Assembly (NCBI RefSeq): GCF_006345805.1
Contig: NC_043009.1
Coordinates: forward strand, 34,348,001-34,412,000
Reading direction: 5' to 3'
Origin: Octopus sinensis
Taxonomy: Eukaryota
Length of the DNA: 64,000 bases
Shown: piece after piece, positions 1-13,200 of the stretch
Layout: each line of letters opens with the position of its first letter
Numbering within the stretch: position 1 is the stretch's first letter
Program-made: the position numbers and the translations under genes
Notes under the pieces: model-generated
What the model was told of the DNA's origin: nothing
Database searches by the model: none
Seen by the model: the letters and a program-made list of their open reading frames with translations, nothing else

Positions 1-600
1 TACAGGGAGAGCTTTTACAGTTTCTTGTATGGGTAGTACTTATCAGTTACCAGGTAAGGGTTATGGCCAGAAGTCAGTCTTAGTCAAGTTGGTAGAAACT
101 GTTATGGATAGACTGAATTCTTTGAAGATTTTTATGAGGTCCTTCCTGAACTTGTCCATAGCATGACTTTTCATATAGTTTGAGATTTCCAGGCTGGTGC
201 ATGTGCTTCCTCAAGTTATCCAAGATAACTCAATGAGATCAGTGAATTTGGTGCCCTCATAGCTCTCCATGGGGACATTGAACTGGGAGTCACCTTTCTT
301 AACCCTGTAAGAATGGTCATGAATCAAGACACTTTCTAGCATTTGTGATGATTCTGACATCAAGGTCACTGCTGTTGGTGAATTGCCTGCTAATACCTAA
401 ATCCTTCAGAAGAAAGGATTTCAACAATACATGGTAGAAATAGACAATGTCAAACTGAATAAATCTGCTGGCTGCTTTATTCTCGATGCTGTGGAACCAG
501 TTAAATACTGCAGCAGTACAATCCCATTGGATCAGCCCTATGGCCCTTCTAATATTGGAGTTGATAGCATCAGGAATATGCTAACTAACAATACCTGTCT
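1..600 (-). mobile_element. Degenerate Penelope-like RT fragment
   Basis: Minus-strand remnants KKGDSQFNVPMESYEGTKFTDLI and FLAITLNLVTDKYYPYKK parallel FDITMGSSDSAQVTDLV and FLDVTLCLNTGLYYPFCK of the 60-61.5 kb element. Many stops. Confidence 0.65.
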
Positions 601-1539
601 TACTCTTACTGTCTTACTGCACTTGGGATTAGAGAGGTAACTGGGGTTATGATCCTTAAGCTTAAGAGGGTTCCCTATATTAAACAACGGTTAGCTCTTT
701 TGCTTCAGTGTTTGTCAACATTTCTACCAGCTGAAGTACAGTGATCATTATCGTTAACACAAACTTGAGGGCCTGCATGTGAGTCTCCATAAATGTATCA
801 TTCAATATAGTCCTCTGTTTCTGACAGTACTGAAGTCTACTTTTTTTCCCCCTCACATGCAGTTTGTCAATATATGCATATGAAAGAGAGAGAAAGATAA
901 TGTAGACATATATGCACAAACATATGTAAATATTTAATAGCAATATGCATGACACTAACAGAAGCATGTATGACTACTGACATGTAGATGTTGAGATGAT
1001 AGGAGAGAAAGAACTCGTGATGAAGTTGAAGTGTGGAAAATGTAGTCTTGTCACACTCAAACTTGGTTTGTGGCAAACTGATATTACACATGAAACAGAT
1101 CAGGATGGTAATATGTACTGCATATCACCTATCAGATGCTTCAAATCAAGGGGGCACATTTGAAGAAAGATGAAATGGGTATTAACCAATCTAGATGATG
1201 GCCTTCTGAGACTTCAACCTCACTGACACTTTTCTCAGACTGTAACTTAGAACTAACAATGTATGATCTGTAGAAAACTAAGCATGTAGGCTATTGAAAG
1301 CTCTTGACTCCTTTCCAGCCATAAACTTTCATAAAGCTGATTGAAGAGGTTCTTAGTTCCTGGAATAAATCTGATCTACCAGTCTCTCTACACAGTATAT
1401 TGACATAAAGCTACAGCACTTTATTATAATTATTCAATGGCATATGCAGTAAATTTACTCTAGGAAGGATGTCAAACTGACAAACAATTCCCAGGAATAT
1501 GAAGATTCTAATGAGATGACGAGCAATAATCTGTTCCAT

Positions 1540-1780
1540 GTAAATGAGCCACTAAAGGATAATGAAATAACCTATCTGAAAGACTGCTTCAGATTGAAAA
1601 TGAGCTCCAACACGCTCATGAAAAACAGAGGGCAAAGAAGGAAGACAGGGCTGTAAAAAATGTAACGACAAACTTGAAAGCCTTCTACAGATTTGCAAAA
1701 GAGTCTGCTTCAGTACAGTAACAAGATAGGTCCACTGTTTGGAGAAAATGGCTCACTGGCTCCAAATACTCAGGATAATT
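1540..1780 (+). mobile_element. Degenerate CR1/L2-like LINE ORF2 fragment
   Basis: Translates to ...EDRAVKNVTTNLKAFYRFAK...IGPLFGENG, resembling the NPKxFYxY..IGPL pre-RT region. Confidence 0.45.
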
Positions 1781-2819
1781 GTGTGTATATATATTAAAAT
1801 TTATTGGCAATATTTATCAGCAGTTAATTTTTCATTGCATTATAAATGCATGTTCTTTTAACAAATACCTGTATTTTTACATTTTGCACTGTTGATGTTC
1901 AAGTTTCCTTCATGTTGCATGTTTTGCAAGCATTCTTTACACATATGCATGCCACAGTATACTCATGTATATACACTATAGGAATATATGATACAACGAT
2001 ATCAAATCAATGTAAAACACATTGTCTTAAACATAGCATGCTCACACGAGTATATTTTAATATAATCTTGGGAATAACTTTATAGTCTACTTTCCAAAGT
2101 TTGTCTCCAGAGATTGGCTAGCAAAGGTTATTATATAATAAGACTTCTTCTTTTAGTGGAAATCTGCAAATATCCATAGAGTATAAACAAACAAATTTTA
2201 ATATGAGAAGATGGATTGAACAGACTTTATTACAAATCATTACAATATTTTCAATGCATCATCATTAGCTGTCAATTGCTGAATGTTACATATGTTATAT
2301 GCAATATTACATTCATATGATTCACCAATATCTGTATACATGTGCATCCCCTGGTAACCAGAGTCAAAGCACTGCTGTATGATCTTTAGTTTCTCCACAT
2401 TTTATACCCACAGCAAATACTATTTTCAGTATTCCTCTTACAAAGAAGAACAAGGAAATACACAGAGATACAAATGAGAAAATAACAACAAAAACAAATG
2501 AAGAGAAATAAAAAAAAATAAAGAATAAAGAAACAGCATATTTGATCTTTAACCACAGACTTGTTTGGAATTTTTAGAAAAAAAGAACATTTAAACATAA
2601 GAATAACTTTTCTTAATGACTTGAAAAGCAACAGGTTAAAGACTGGTAGTATTACTATACATCTGAAATTAAGTCCATAAGGTAACACAGTTTTTGGTAT
2701 CCAGCTGAGTTAAGGAAGTGAACTGATTTACTTTGAAGTGGACTGGTAACAGACATAAAAGGGTAGTTGTTTAAGATTATCCTGTTGTGATATTCATATT
2801 TTTCTTCTTTTTTATTTTC

Positions 2820-3160
2820 TTGTGTGGTAAGAAATATGCTTTCCACCACATGGTTCCGGGTTCGGTCCCACTGTGTGGCACCTTGGGCAAGTGTCATCTC
2901 CTATAGCTTTGGGATAACCAAAGCCTTGTAAGTGGATTTAATAGACAAAAACGGAAAGAAGCCCATCATATGTGTGTCTTTGAGTCTGTGTCTGTTCCCC
3001 ACTGCCTGACAACTGCTGTGGGTGTGTTTATGCTCCCTGTGACTTGGTGTTCAGCACAAGACACTAGTAGAATAAGTACTGAGGTTGATTCATTTAACTA
3101 AAATTCTTCAAGGAGGTGCCAAAGCATGGCCACAGTCTCATGACTGAAACCAGTAAAGAA
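2820..3160 (+). mobile_element. tRNA-derived SINE, family 1 (CORE-like centre), diverged copy
   Basis: Head ccacatggttccgggttcggtcccactg, centre ggcaccttgggcaagtgtc, tail gactgaaac; homologous to other copies in the window. Confidence 0.75.
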
Positions 3161-3677
3161 TCAACATATGTATATACGCACATAGACTCACATACATATA
3201 TATACACGCACATATATGTATATACACATACAAACACACCTGCATCATGAATTTTGTTCATGTTTCAGTATGTGCATATGATTATTTATGGGATTACATA
3301 GACTTTTGATATCCAAGTTGGTTTATAGAGTTGTATGTACAATGCATATAAATTTGTGTAGTTTAGGGAATCCAATAATTTCATGGGAGTATATCCAAAA
3401 ACTTACCCAGATTGGAGGGGTGGCAATGTGTTTGATATTAGAGTATATATATATATATATATATATCATGCCAAAACTAACTTCACTTGTGCTAGTGTCA
3501 CATAAGAAGCACTGAGTCCACTCTGTGGAGTGGTTTGTGTTAGATAGGGCATCCAGCTGTAAAATCCCTTCCAAAACAGACACAGTAGCCTAGAGTAGTT
3601 TTTCTATCTGGCCAGCTCCTGTCAACCATCCTACCCATGCATGCATGGAAAATGGATATTAAACGAAGATGATGATG

Positions 3678-3708
<31 letters not shown>

Positions 3709-4069
3709 TGTCCATTCCTTAACCTATTTCCAAGCAAAGTAATAATTCCCCAGTCTATAAAGCAATGAGCATGTTTTCATCTGCATGGACAGAGAGGCTT
3801 TTGTTCACACTGGGGCTTCACATATGTGAAGACAAAGAGTAATATGAACTCAGTTTGCTGAGACGCGCACACACACACATAACTATGAGCTTATTGCCGT
3901 TTCTATCTACAGATTTTATATACAAAGTAGTAAGTCAACCTAAGGCTATAGTAGAGGAGAACAGTTGATGCATCCACATTATCTTTTTTGAGTAGTGGTG
4001 ATTTGGCCATTAAAATTAGTAGTTTTTGCTAGGATATGCCATTCTAAACTATAGTTGAATTTTTGTCTT

Positions 4070-4630
4070 TTAATTCCCAGATGTATCTACTAAGTCCTGT
4101 AGAGTTTGCTTTACATCTATTTCTAAAGGTAGATTTTTTTTTTGGGGGGGGGTATTGTATCTAAGTATCATTTCATTTTTCGTGACTCCTATATAAGATT
4201 TTGTATGGTTATTTCTGTATCTGCAGCCACATAAATTATTCAGTTTATCTGTGCTTGTGTTATGTTGAGTGGGGTTTTTATTTATCAGGTCATAGTCCAT
4301 AATGTTCGAGGGTGAGTTATTAGGGACAAGATTTATTCCATTTGCCTGTTGGCAGTTGTGTTTTATGTTGGTATTTTTCCTAGTCTTGTAGAAGGCATCT
4401 AACTTGTTGATTGAAGCTATGATGGTAGCTAGGTTACTACTTAGGCTATGGCCTACTCTAATTTTATTCTTAAAGATTCCTGAGTATTTGTTATTTAAGT
4501 TCATGTGCTTATCAATAAGTCTCATTATGGAGTGAACTATGTTAGATTTACTAATGAGTTGCTTAAGGAAAGCATTCTTTGGGGGAATGGATATATTCTC
4601 AAAAGATGCGTTTATATTAAATAACTCCAT
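4070..4630 (-). mobile_element. Penelope-like ORF fragment (186 aa)
   Basis: RLIDKHMNLNNKYSGIFKNKIRVGHSLSSNLATIIASIN aligns with RILKENFPRNHKYYSICNKSTIKFSYSVMPNFALIIASIN of ORF 60089..60904. Confidence 0.7.
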
Positions 4631-5228
4631 ATGCGGTAACTATTTTATTAGCAGGTTATATGGAAACCTTGTTGAAGTATATATAAATGAATGTGTGTAT
4701 TTTTGCCTTGTTTACCATTAACAGGGGAAAAAATAAATAAACAGTTACCAGGGCAGCAAAAAATCACACAAGTAAAAAGGAAGGAACACCTTGTTTGGAA
4801 AGGTAGAAACTCTGGGTTGATGTGAAATATTTTGTATTATATATAGATAAATAAATGGAGTTAAACGCAGGTGTTATTCAAATTCTTTTACTTCCAACAT
4901 ATGTTTCGAAGACAACATTGGTATTATTCCTAAAGTTCATATAAGTCATTTCTACCATTCTATATAATTTGAACATGGATTTTCTTCTTACATTTCACTT
5001 CCACTAGACATCTATTTCCAAGCCTTCAAGCTTTTATTTTAATTCACATATTGCTTTATATTTCTCCTTTATTAGTTTTCTTTCTTTTACCCCTTCTCTT
5101 TCTATAGGCTACCTTTGACATTATATCTACTAATGGCTTTTTAAAAAAACTTAATAGCGTTCTGTTCATCATTACACACATTCATCACATTCTGTTAAAA
5201 TGTTTTATTGATGTGTTTGGTTTCTTTC

Positions 5229-5316
5229 TTTCCCTGGTGAGAAGATTACATTGTTTTACACCATTTCATTCCTTTTGGAATAATACCAATGTTGTCTTCG
5301 AAACATATGTCAGTAG
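5229..5316 (+). ncRNA. Degenerate type I hammerhead ribozyme motif
   Basis: CTGGTGA core (A6G), GAAGA..ACATTG/CAATGT..TCTTC stem II, GAAA, palindromic ACATATGT stem III, GTC triplet. Confidence 0.6.
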
Positions 5317-5369
5317 TAAAAGAATTTGAATAACACCTGCATTTAACTCCAATTATATATATATATATA

Positions 5370-5540
5370 TATAATATACACTGTCCAATGCATCTAATAT
5401 AAGAACCAGGCACTGCAATAGCTCTGCCAAAACAATTGAGAAATACAGATGTGGAAATTTTCAAAAGAAACTGGACACTCTCCTATCCACAATACCAGAC
5501 GAACCAATGGTTTGACATGAGGCACAGTTGAGAGCAGCAG
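5370..5540 (+). mobile_element. CR1/L2-type LINE 3' end fragment
   Basis: LPKQLRNTDVEIFKRKLDTLLSTIPDEP...RAAVSNSL is a typical ORF2 C-terminus. Confidence 0.7.
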
Positions 5541-6215
5541 TGTCAAATTCCCTCGTACACTAGATGGGCTACTGATAATTTTGATGGGATTGCATTAGTC
5601 AGAGGAGAGAAATCATGGAAGGACTGTGGTGAAGGTACAAAAATAAAGAGTAAATAAAAATCATGGTGGTGCTCCAGCATGACCACAGCCACCTGGCTGA
5701 AGCACATAAAAGAATACACACACATATGCATACACACACACACATATATATACAGTTAAAATTTACAGAAAAACAAATGACAAAGACAGGTGTTTGAGCA
5801 ACAAGCATGTGTATTAGTTTGATGCTCGGGAAAGTAAGAAAGTCTTTTATGTTTTGAGCCTATGCTCTTCAACAGAAAGGAATATGAGGAAATGAACAGA
5901 GAGAAAAAAAAATAAACTTGTGGATTTAACGATCAATCATGGCGACTGGTTGGGAATAAATAGTTTGGCAGGAGATCTAAGACGAAGGGGAGATAAAGTA
6001 CTGCAGAACCCAAAACAAAGGTGTGCATACATGTTTGTAGGTGAGAGTGTGTAAATGTGTGTGTGGATTAGAAGTTAGTGACTTTGACATGTGGATGTGT
6101 GTGTCTGTAATGTGTAGGTGAATGGATATACATATATATATATATATATACCAGCTGGTGCTATTAAGTCAGACATGGTCTGAGCCAATACAAGCCAAAA
6201 CCTATCAAAGTATCA

Positions 6216-6252
<37 letters not shown>

Positions 6253-6274
6253 CATACATATATATATTCCTGTA

Positions 6275-6661
6275 TTCTTTTATTTGTTTCAGTCATTTGA
6301 CTGTGATCATGATGGGGCACTGCCTTTAGTCGAACAAATCGACCCCAGGACTTATTCTTTGTAAGCCTAGTACTTATTCTATGGGTCTCTTTTGCTGAAC
6401 TGCTAAGTTACGGGGACATAAGCACACCAACATTGGTTGTCAAGTGATGATAGGGGGACAAACACAGACACAAAGACATATACATATATATATGTATATA
6501 CGATGAGCTTCTTTCAGTTTCTGTCTACCAAATCCACTCACAAGGCTTTGGCCGGCCCGAGGCTATAGTAGAAGACACTTGCCCAAGGTGCCATGCAGTG
6601 GGACTGAACCCGGAACCATGTGATTGGTAAGCAAGCTACTTACCACACAGCGACTCCTATG

Positions 6662-6665
<4 letters not shown>
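6275..6665 (-). mobile_element. tRNA-derived SINE, family 1
   Basis: Full-length copy matching those at 12855, 35010, 37340 and 58030; A/B-box-like head on the minus strand. Confidence 0.85.
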
Positions 6666-6708
<43 letters not shown>

Positions 6709-6926
6709 GATAGATAGGTAGAAAGATAGATAGGTAGGTAGAAAGATAGATAGACAGTTGTATTTTGATCATTTTAAACTTTCTATCATTTTAGTATCAT
6801 TTCCTTTTGTCGATTAAGTAGTAAAAAAAACCAAAAAATTTACAGTAATATATTTTTACCCCAGTCAAAAAATAAAAATTCATATTTTTTAAATTTTTGT
6901 TTGTTTAAACGTTGCTTTTACTGTTT

Positions 6927-6932
6927 TTTAAT
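6927..6932 (-). promoter_or_regulatory. Candidate polyadenylation signal (ATTAAA) of the kinase mRNA
   Basis: Variant hexamer about 240 nt after the stop, with a U-rich tract further downstream on the minus strand. No transcript evidence. Confidence 0.3.
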
Positions 6933-7165
6933 GTTTCTTTCAAAATGTGCATTGCATTAAAAGTTTTGTATTATGATTTCTGCCACAATACTGTCACAAT
7001 TTGACAGAAATGAAGAGAAAATGAAAGAAGGAAAAAAACAGACAAAAACAGTAGAAAACAAAACCAACATCACCGGCAAGAGATATTTTGTGTTGTTCGT
7101 GAAGAAGAGAAGTATGTTTTATAATTCATATTTCTGGTTGCAGCCACATTTTTTAAAAAATTCAT

Positions 7166-7246
7166 TTAAGTTTGGGTGATGAATAGTTCCAATAAATTAC
7201 TTAAGTTTTCTCGTAGAGTAGAAAATGAATATCGTTCATCTGGGTT
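7166..7246 (-). CDS. Tec kinase terminal coding exon o ([26 protein letters not shown]), 81 nt
   Basis: ttcttgcAG acceptor, phase 0, PxxR motif of subdomain XI, TAA at 7166-7168. Confidence 0.9.
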   Translation of the reverse strand, partial: NPDERYSFSTLRENLSNLLELFITQT

Positions 7247-10200
7247 CTGCAAGAATAGAATGAGTAAAACATTTACTGAAGGATTTTGCAATGAACAATA
7301 TAGCATTATGAAGAGAGTCACTACCAGTGTTCTTATATCTGAATCACTATTAGAATTAGAGAAGAAATTTCAGGTGTGGAAGCAGGGTCTAGAATCAAAG
7401 GGCCTTAGAGTTAACCTAGCAAAAATCAAAGTCTTAGTAAGTAGGAAAGCAGACAAATCACAAATCCCTTTAGGTAGATGGCCCTGCTCAATCTGTGGGA
7501 AAGACATAGGTAGAACCTTCATAAGATGTATTTGGTGCAAGCTATGGACACATAGGAGGTGCAGCAATATCAAAGGAAGATTAACTGGGGAAGGAAGATG
7601 CAGAGGTACCATAAACACTAAAATTGTACAGAAACTAGACTCCATTGACTGCCAGTGGAATAAGCTAGAGGTAGTTGATAGCTTGTTATTTAGGTGACCA
7701 AGTCAGTAGTGGAGGTGGATGCTCTGAGAGTATAGCTGCGAGAATAAAGAGGTCAAATCCTGTACACTATAGATCTCTATTGCAAGCAGACCTGGACACA
7801 ATGCAGCATTATTATCATTAGTAATACTATTATGTTATTTCTTTGTTACTATGATACTACATTATTATTACTACAGCTATACTACTACTACACCAATTCT
7901 AGACAACAAACTAAATACTGTAATTTAAACACCCTGCCATATATATTACTACCTTCTAAATAATGCTTTTTAGCATAGGTACAAGGAGAGGGAGCTAGTT
8001 AATAATACTGACTCCCAGTCCTTGACTGCTACTTTCATTTACTGATCACAAACGGATGAATGTCAAAGTTGACCCTAGTCGAATTTGAACTGTGAGTGTA
8101 AAGAGCTGGAACAAATACCACAATATATTTGTTCTGACATTCTAATGATTGCTTCAATTATAGTCACAAGACTTGGAATTTAAGAGAGGGAAGAGTCTAT
8201 TTTATTGATCCCTTAGTGTTACTTCTCCCTTCTTGTTTACAGCCACAATCAGTGTGGATCAATTTAGCTTCATCAATCTTGATTCTCTCACTCACCTTTC
8301 ATAAAACACAAGTGTACCATCTCTCATTCCACCATGCTCTTCAAGTGGTATTTAAAGAATTGATGAGGGCATAGTCAAAGAAAGATAGGTCAATCCTTAA
8401 GCCTTTTAACCACATCCCATATAACTTCCCTTGCCATAGCTACCCTTTCCTGCTACAACTGTCCTTGTTGACACACACAAACTGTTTTTAGACCATTGCT
8501 GCTTATTAGCACTATACAAAATGCAAGTGTTGACTTTTACCAATCCCATAATCCCATTATCCAGTCTTAGTGAGCAGTGACTGCCTGGCAACATATCAGA
8601 GGCCTAATGCTCCACTTCAACAATGATCATGAAGATTTCCAATGTGGCCAATCCAAAAGGTTGAAAGTCAAAGTTAGCCATAATGAAATTTGAACACAGA
8701 ATGTAAGGAAATAGAACTAAATATCTCAAAGCAATTTGACAATTGGCCATTTTTCTGATTCTTAATCACAACGACATCAACAGCAATAACAACAACAATT
8801 TATAAGGTAGACACAAAGCCATACCTTTTTAGGGACTGGAACTTGTAAAATATGGAAGATAAAGCTGATCCCCAGTATGATTCAAAGTATAAAGAGAGAT
8901 TCCTCTAAATACTCATTCATCATCATTGTTCGACCGTGGTCGAGACAATGGATTTACTATGTTACGCCAGACTTCACGGTCCATCATAGTATTATGGAGG
9001 TCCTGTTGCTGGATGCCTGTATCCCTGGAGATTACAGGGATACTAAATACTACAGACAATTTTATCCAGTACTCTACCAGATTTACCACCAACTGCCTCT
9101 TATAATTTATACAACACTTTGTCACCAACTGCTCTCTAATAGTTAATCCAGCAATCTACAACTAGCAACAGCTGTTGGTGAATGAATCTCTGTAGACACT
9201 GTTTTAGTAACTGTAGAAGAGATAAAGAAAACAGTTTGCTGATGACTGAAACTTTGTTAAACAGTTGGATGAATTTTTTTGAGGGATGGATAGGGGTGGG
9301 GGTGATGATGTAGTCTAACCTGGTTGCACATGTAGCAATGGCACCAGTTGCACCGTTGCACAAATGTATAGTAGTGTAATGTGGGTTGAAGCTTTGAAGA
9401 TTGCTGGCAACTAATCATGGCTGGGTATGATTGTGAAATGGGAAACCTAGTCTAAGAGGTAATGCTGTTATATAAAGCTGTTTATGGAAAGAAGGAGAGA
9501 GTAGGAGAAAGAGGGGGAAATAGAGAGAGAGAGAGAGAGATAAAGGGAAAGAGATGGTGCAAGGAAGATTTCCATTTTCTGATCCCAAAACAGAAATATA
9601 ATACTCACTTTCTTCCAGCACATTCTCATTTCTTGATATATATCCTTTGGACAAGTAGTAGGCTTCTCCAGCCGGGCACTGCTACTACAGACCAACTCAA
9701 GGACCTCAGTGTTGGATTTATCAGCATATGGTTCTTCACCACAAGTAAAGATTTCCCACATTAGAACTCCTGTAATAAAAATATGAAAAAAATAAAAGCA
9801 CAGATATGACTGTGTGGTAAGAAGTTTGCTTCTCAACCACATGGTTTTGGGTTCAGTCCCATTGTGTAGCACCTTGGGCAGGTGTCTTCTAAAGTCTTCA
9901 ACTGACCAAAGCCCTGTGAGTAATTTGGTAGATGAAAAATAAAAAAAAGCATGTAGTATACGTGTGTGTGAGTGTGTGTGTGTGTGTGTGTGTTTGTTCC
10001 CCACCACCGCTTGACAACAAATGTTGGTATGTTTATGTCCCAGTAACTTAGCAATTTGACAAAAGACACTGAGAGAATAAGTACCAGGCTTTAAAAAAAT
10101 AAGTACTGAGGTTGATTTGTTTGACCCCAGCACTTATTTTTTTAATAAGATGCTCCAGGATGGCCACAGTCCAATGACTGAAACAATTAAAAAGAAATGT

Positions 10201-13200
10201 ATAAAATAAGCAAACACATGGAAGGGTAGATTATACAAATCATGATGGCCACTTTCTTGCACACAAAAGTTCACATGCACATCTAATTTTACCATCTGAC
10301 ATCCATTCCATAATAAACTTACTGTACAGAACTCAACATTAATCCTGATGCACAAAACAGAAGCTTCAAAGTGAATAGAAATACAAACTTTACTGTATTG
10401 ATATCACAGTCTATATTCTTGTTTATAACCTATATCCAATTGTACTGCCCATAGGTCACACTAATATCTCTATAAACCACACTGCTCACATCCTACACTA
10501 ATTTGTTTACCCACACAAATATATTCATAACTGATAATAACGTACATAAGCCACACTGTCTAGCCTCCATAGCAAGATGTCCAGAAACTATGCTGCCCTG
10601 TCCCCACACTAAAATGCCAATGTTGTAATAGATTCTGTCTCCCAATTTAGACACTTTACATTATTCTCATCAGAACCACATTTTTCCTATTCATGTTGTC
10701 CCACTGACTTATAAATCTCACACAATTCAAACTCATAATTTACAACACAAGTTCTCAGCTATCTTAAATTTTTTCCTCTCTCTCTCTCTTTCTCCTGTAT
10801 CTCATCAACAAGTGCATGTTATATACCCCCCCACCACCACCACCAATGGAGAGAGTTACGAAAATAATTCATTCTGGCTATGAAATAGTCTCATTTAATA
10901 ATGAAAATATTGCTTTATAACTATGAAACACTATCATTTCCATCCATCTTCTCTAGGTCACAGCAGTAAAGCCCTCAGACACCTCCTCCACAGGGTCCTG
11001 TCAGAAGCAACCCCTTTACAGACTTTCCAGCTGGGTCCCCAAGTATGACCAACTAAGACTATACTTTTTTTACTCTTTTACTTGTTTCAGTTATTTGACT
11101 GCGGCCATGCTGGAGCACAGCCACTCCTGCGCCTATGGATATCCAACCTAGGTTATCTCAGCTTCAAGAATCCATTTAGTACTGACTTCGATTTTGAAAA
11201 GCACAAAAGCTAGGTTTGAATTCAAAGAAAGGAAAGATATGATCAACCGTCTATTTTTTATAGATGACTTAAAGATTTATGGGAAAGATGAATAAAAGCT
11301 GAATTCACTGATTCATTGCTTTGCATGGGCACTAGAATGGAATTTAGGCTAAAAAAATGTCATGTGTTGATTTTAAAAATAGGTAAAGTCCAACAAGTGT
11401 ATAGCATGATATTGTCAATGGGAGAGTTAATGAAGAGAATTGAAATGAAGGATATGCATATCTAGGCATATTGGAAGTAGATGAACTGATGAAAAGCCAA
11501 ATGAAGAAGATATTCTCCCAAGAGCATTACAGAAGGCAGAGATTGATTTTGAAGACTAAACTGAATGGGAGGGATAAGTTCCATGTAATAGATATATGGG
11601 CAATTATTCTCTTGATATACTGATCAGGGGGAATATGTCAGTGAAGAAAGGAACTGCTGACAATATACTACATTTCACTCAAGTGATGCTGACAGGCCAC
11701 ATCTGATAAGAAAGAAAGGATAGTATTCATCATCATTGTCCTGATTTAATGTCCATTTTCCATGCTGATATGGGTTGGATGGTTTGACACCAGCTGGCAA
11801 TCTTTACTGTCTGCTTTGGTATGATATCTATGGTTGGATGCCCTTCCTAATACCAACCACTTTATAAAGTGTACCAGGTGCTTTTTATATGGCAATAGTA
11901 GCAGTGAGGTCATCAAATAACTTACAAGACAATAACCCACCTCAGCTGATGGCTGAGTAGTATTGAAGGAGGTGGCCAGGTGAAGAGAGATTAGAGTATG
12001 AATAGAGGGACAAAAATAGGTGGCTTGAAGGAAAGGTGGTACATGGCTACCTCAGTAAGAGAGAGAGAGTGAGAGAGGGGGGAGGGAGAGAAAGAGAGAT
12101 GTGACAGAAGGGTGCACTCAAGTTACATGGAGGTGTACATAAGGGAATAGAACCAAGAAATGTTTAGGGTGAGCAGGCAGGTAAGTTTATGAACTGGCAT
12201 TAAGGCGGCGAACTGGCAGAAACGTTAGCACGCCGGGTGAAATGCTTAGTGGTATTTCGTCTGCTGCTACGTTCTGAGTTCAAATTCCGCTGAGGTCGAC
12301 TTTGCCTTTCATCCTTTCGGGGTCGATAAATTAAGTACCAGTTACGCACTGGGGTCGATGTAATCGACTTAATACCTATGTCTGTCCTTGTTTGTCCCCT
12401 CTGTGTTTAGCCCCTTGTGGGTAATAAAGAAAATAGGTAAGTTTATGATATGCAAAAGGAGAGTGAGAGATGGAGGGGGAGCACTACTTGAGCAAGTATG
12501 GAAGGCAGGTTTGCTATATACAAAAAGCAGTCAGTATAAGATGAAATACAAATTAAAAACAGAAATAAAGAAGGAAAACAACTGGAAGGGCAAGAAGATG
12601 CATGGTCAGTTCTTGAGAGAGAGATACCAAGAAACACAGATTCAGAGGCCTTGATATGCATAGCACAGAGACAAGCATTGAGATCAAATTACATCAAGCA
12701 CAGAATTGGTCATTCCACAGACACTGACAAATGCACAATGTGTAGTGAAATTGAAGAAAGAGTGTGGCATATCTTAAGTGAATGCAGCAAATTGGCTTAG
12801 AGAGAACTTGAGAGAAGGCACGACAACGTCACCTGAATGGTTCACTGGGGACTATTCTCTTTTTTACTTGTTTCAGTCATTTGACTGCGGCCATGCTGGA
12901 GCACCGCCTTCTAGTTGAGTAAATCGACCCCAGGACTTATTCTTTGTAAGCCTAGTACTTAATCTATCAGTCTCTTTTGCTGAACCGCTAGGTTACAGGA
13001 CGTAAACACACCACCAGTGGTTGTCAAGCAATGGTGGGGGGACAAACACAGACACACAAACATATACATACATACATACATATATATATATACATATATA
13101 CGATGAGCTTCTTCCAGTTTCCGTCTACCAAATCCACTCACAAGGCTTTGGTCAGCCCGAGGCTATAGTAGAAGACACTTGCCCAAGGTGCCACGCAGTG

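Noticed and set aside
680-2700. Possible neighbouring gene exons or 3' UTR near the window start
   Set aside because: No recognisable domain or consistent splice chain; the ORFs are short and low-complexity or LINE-derived.
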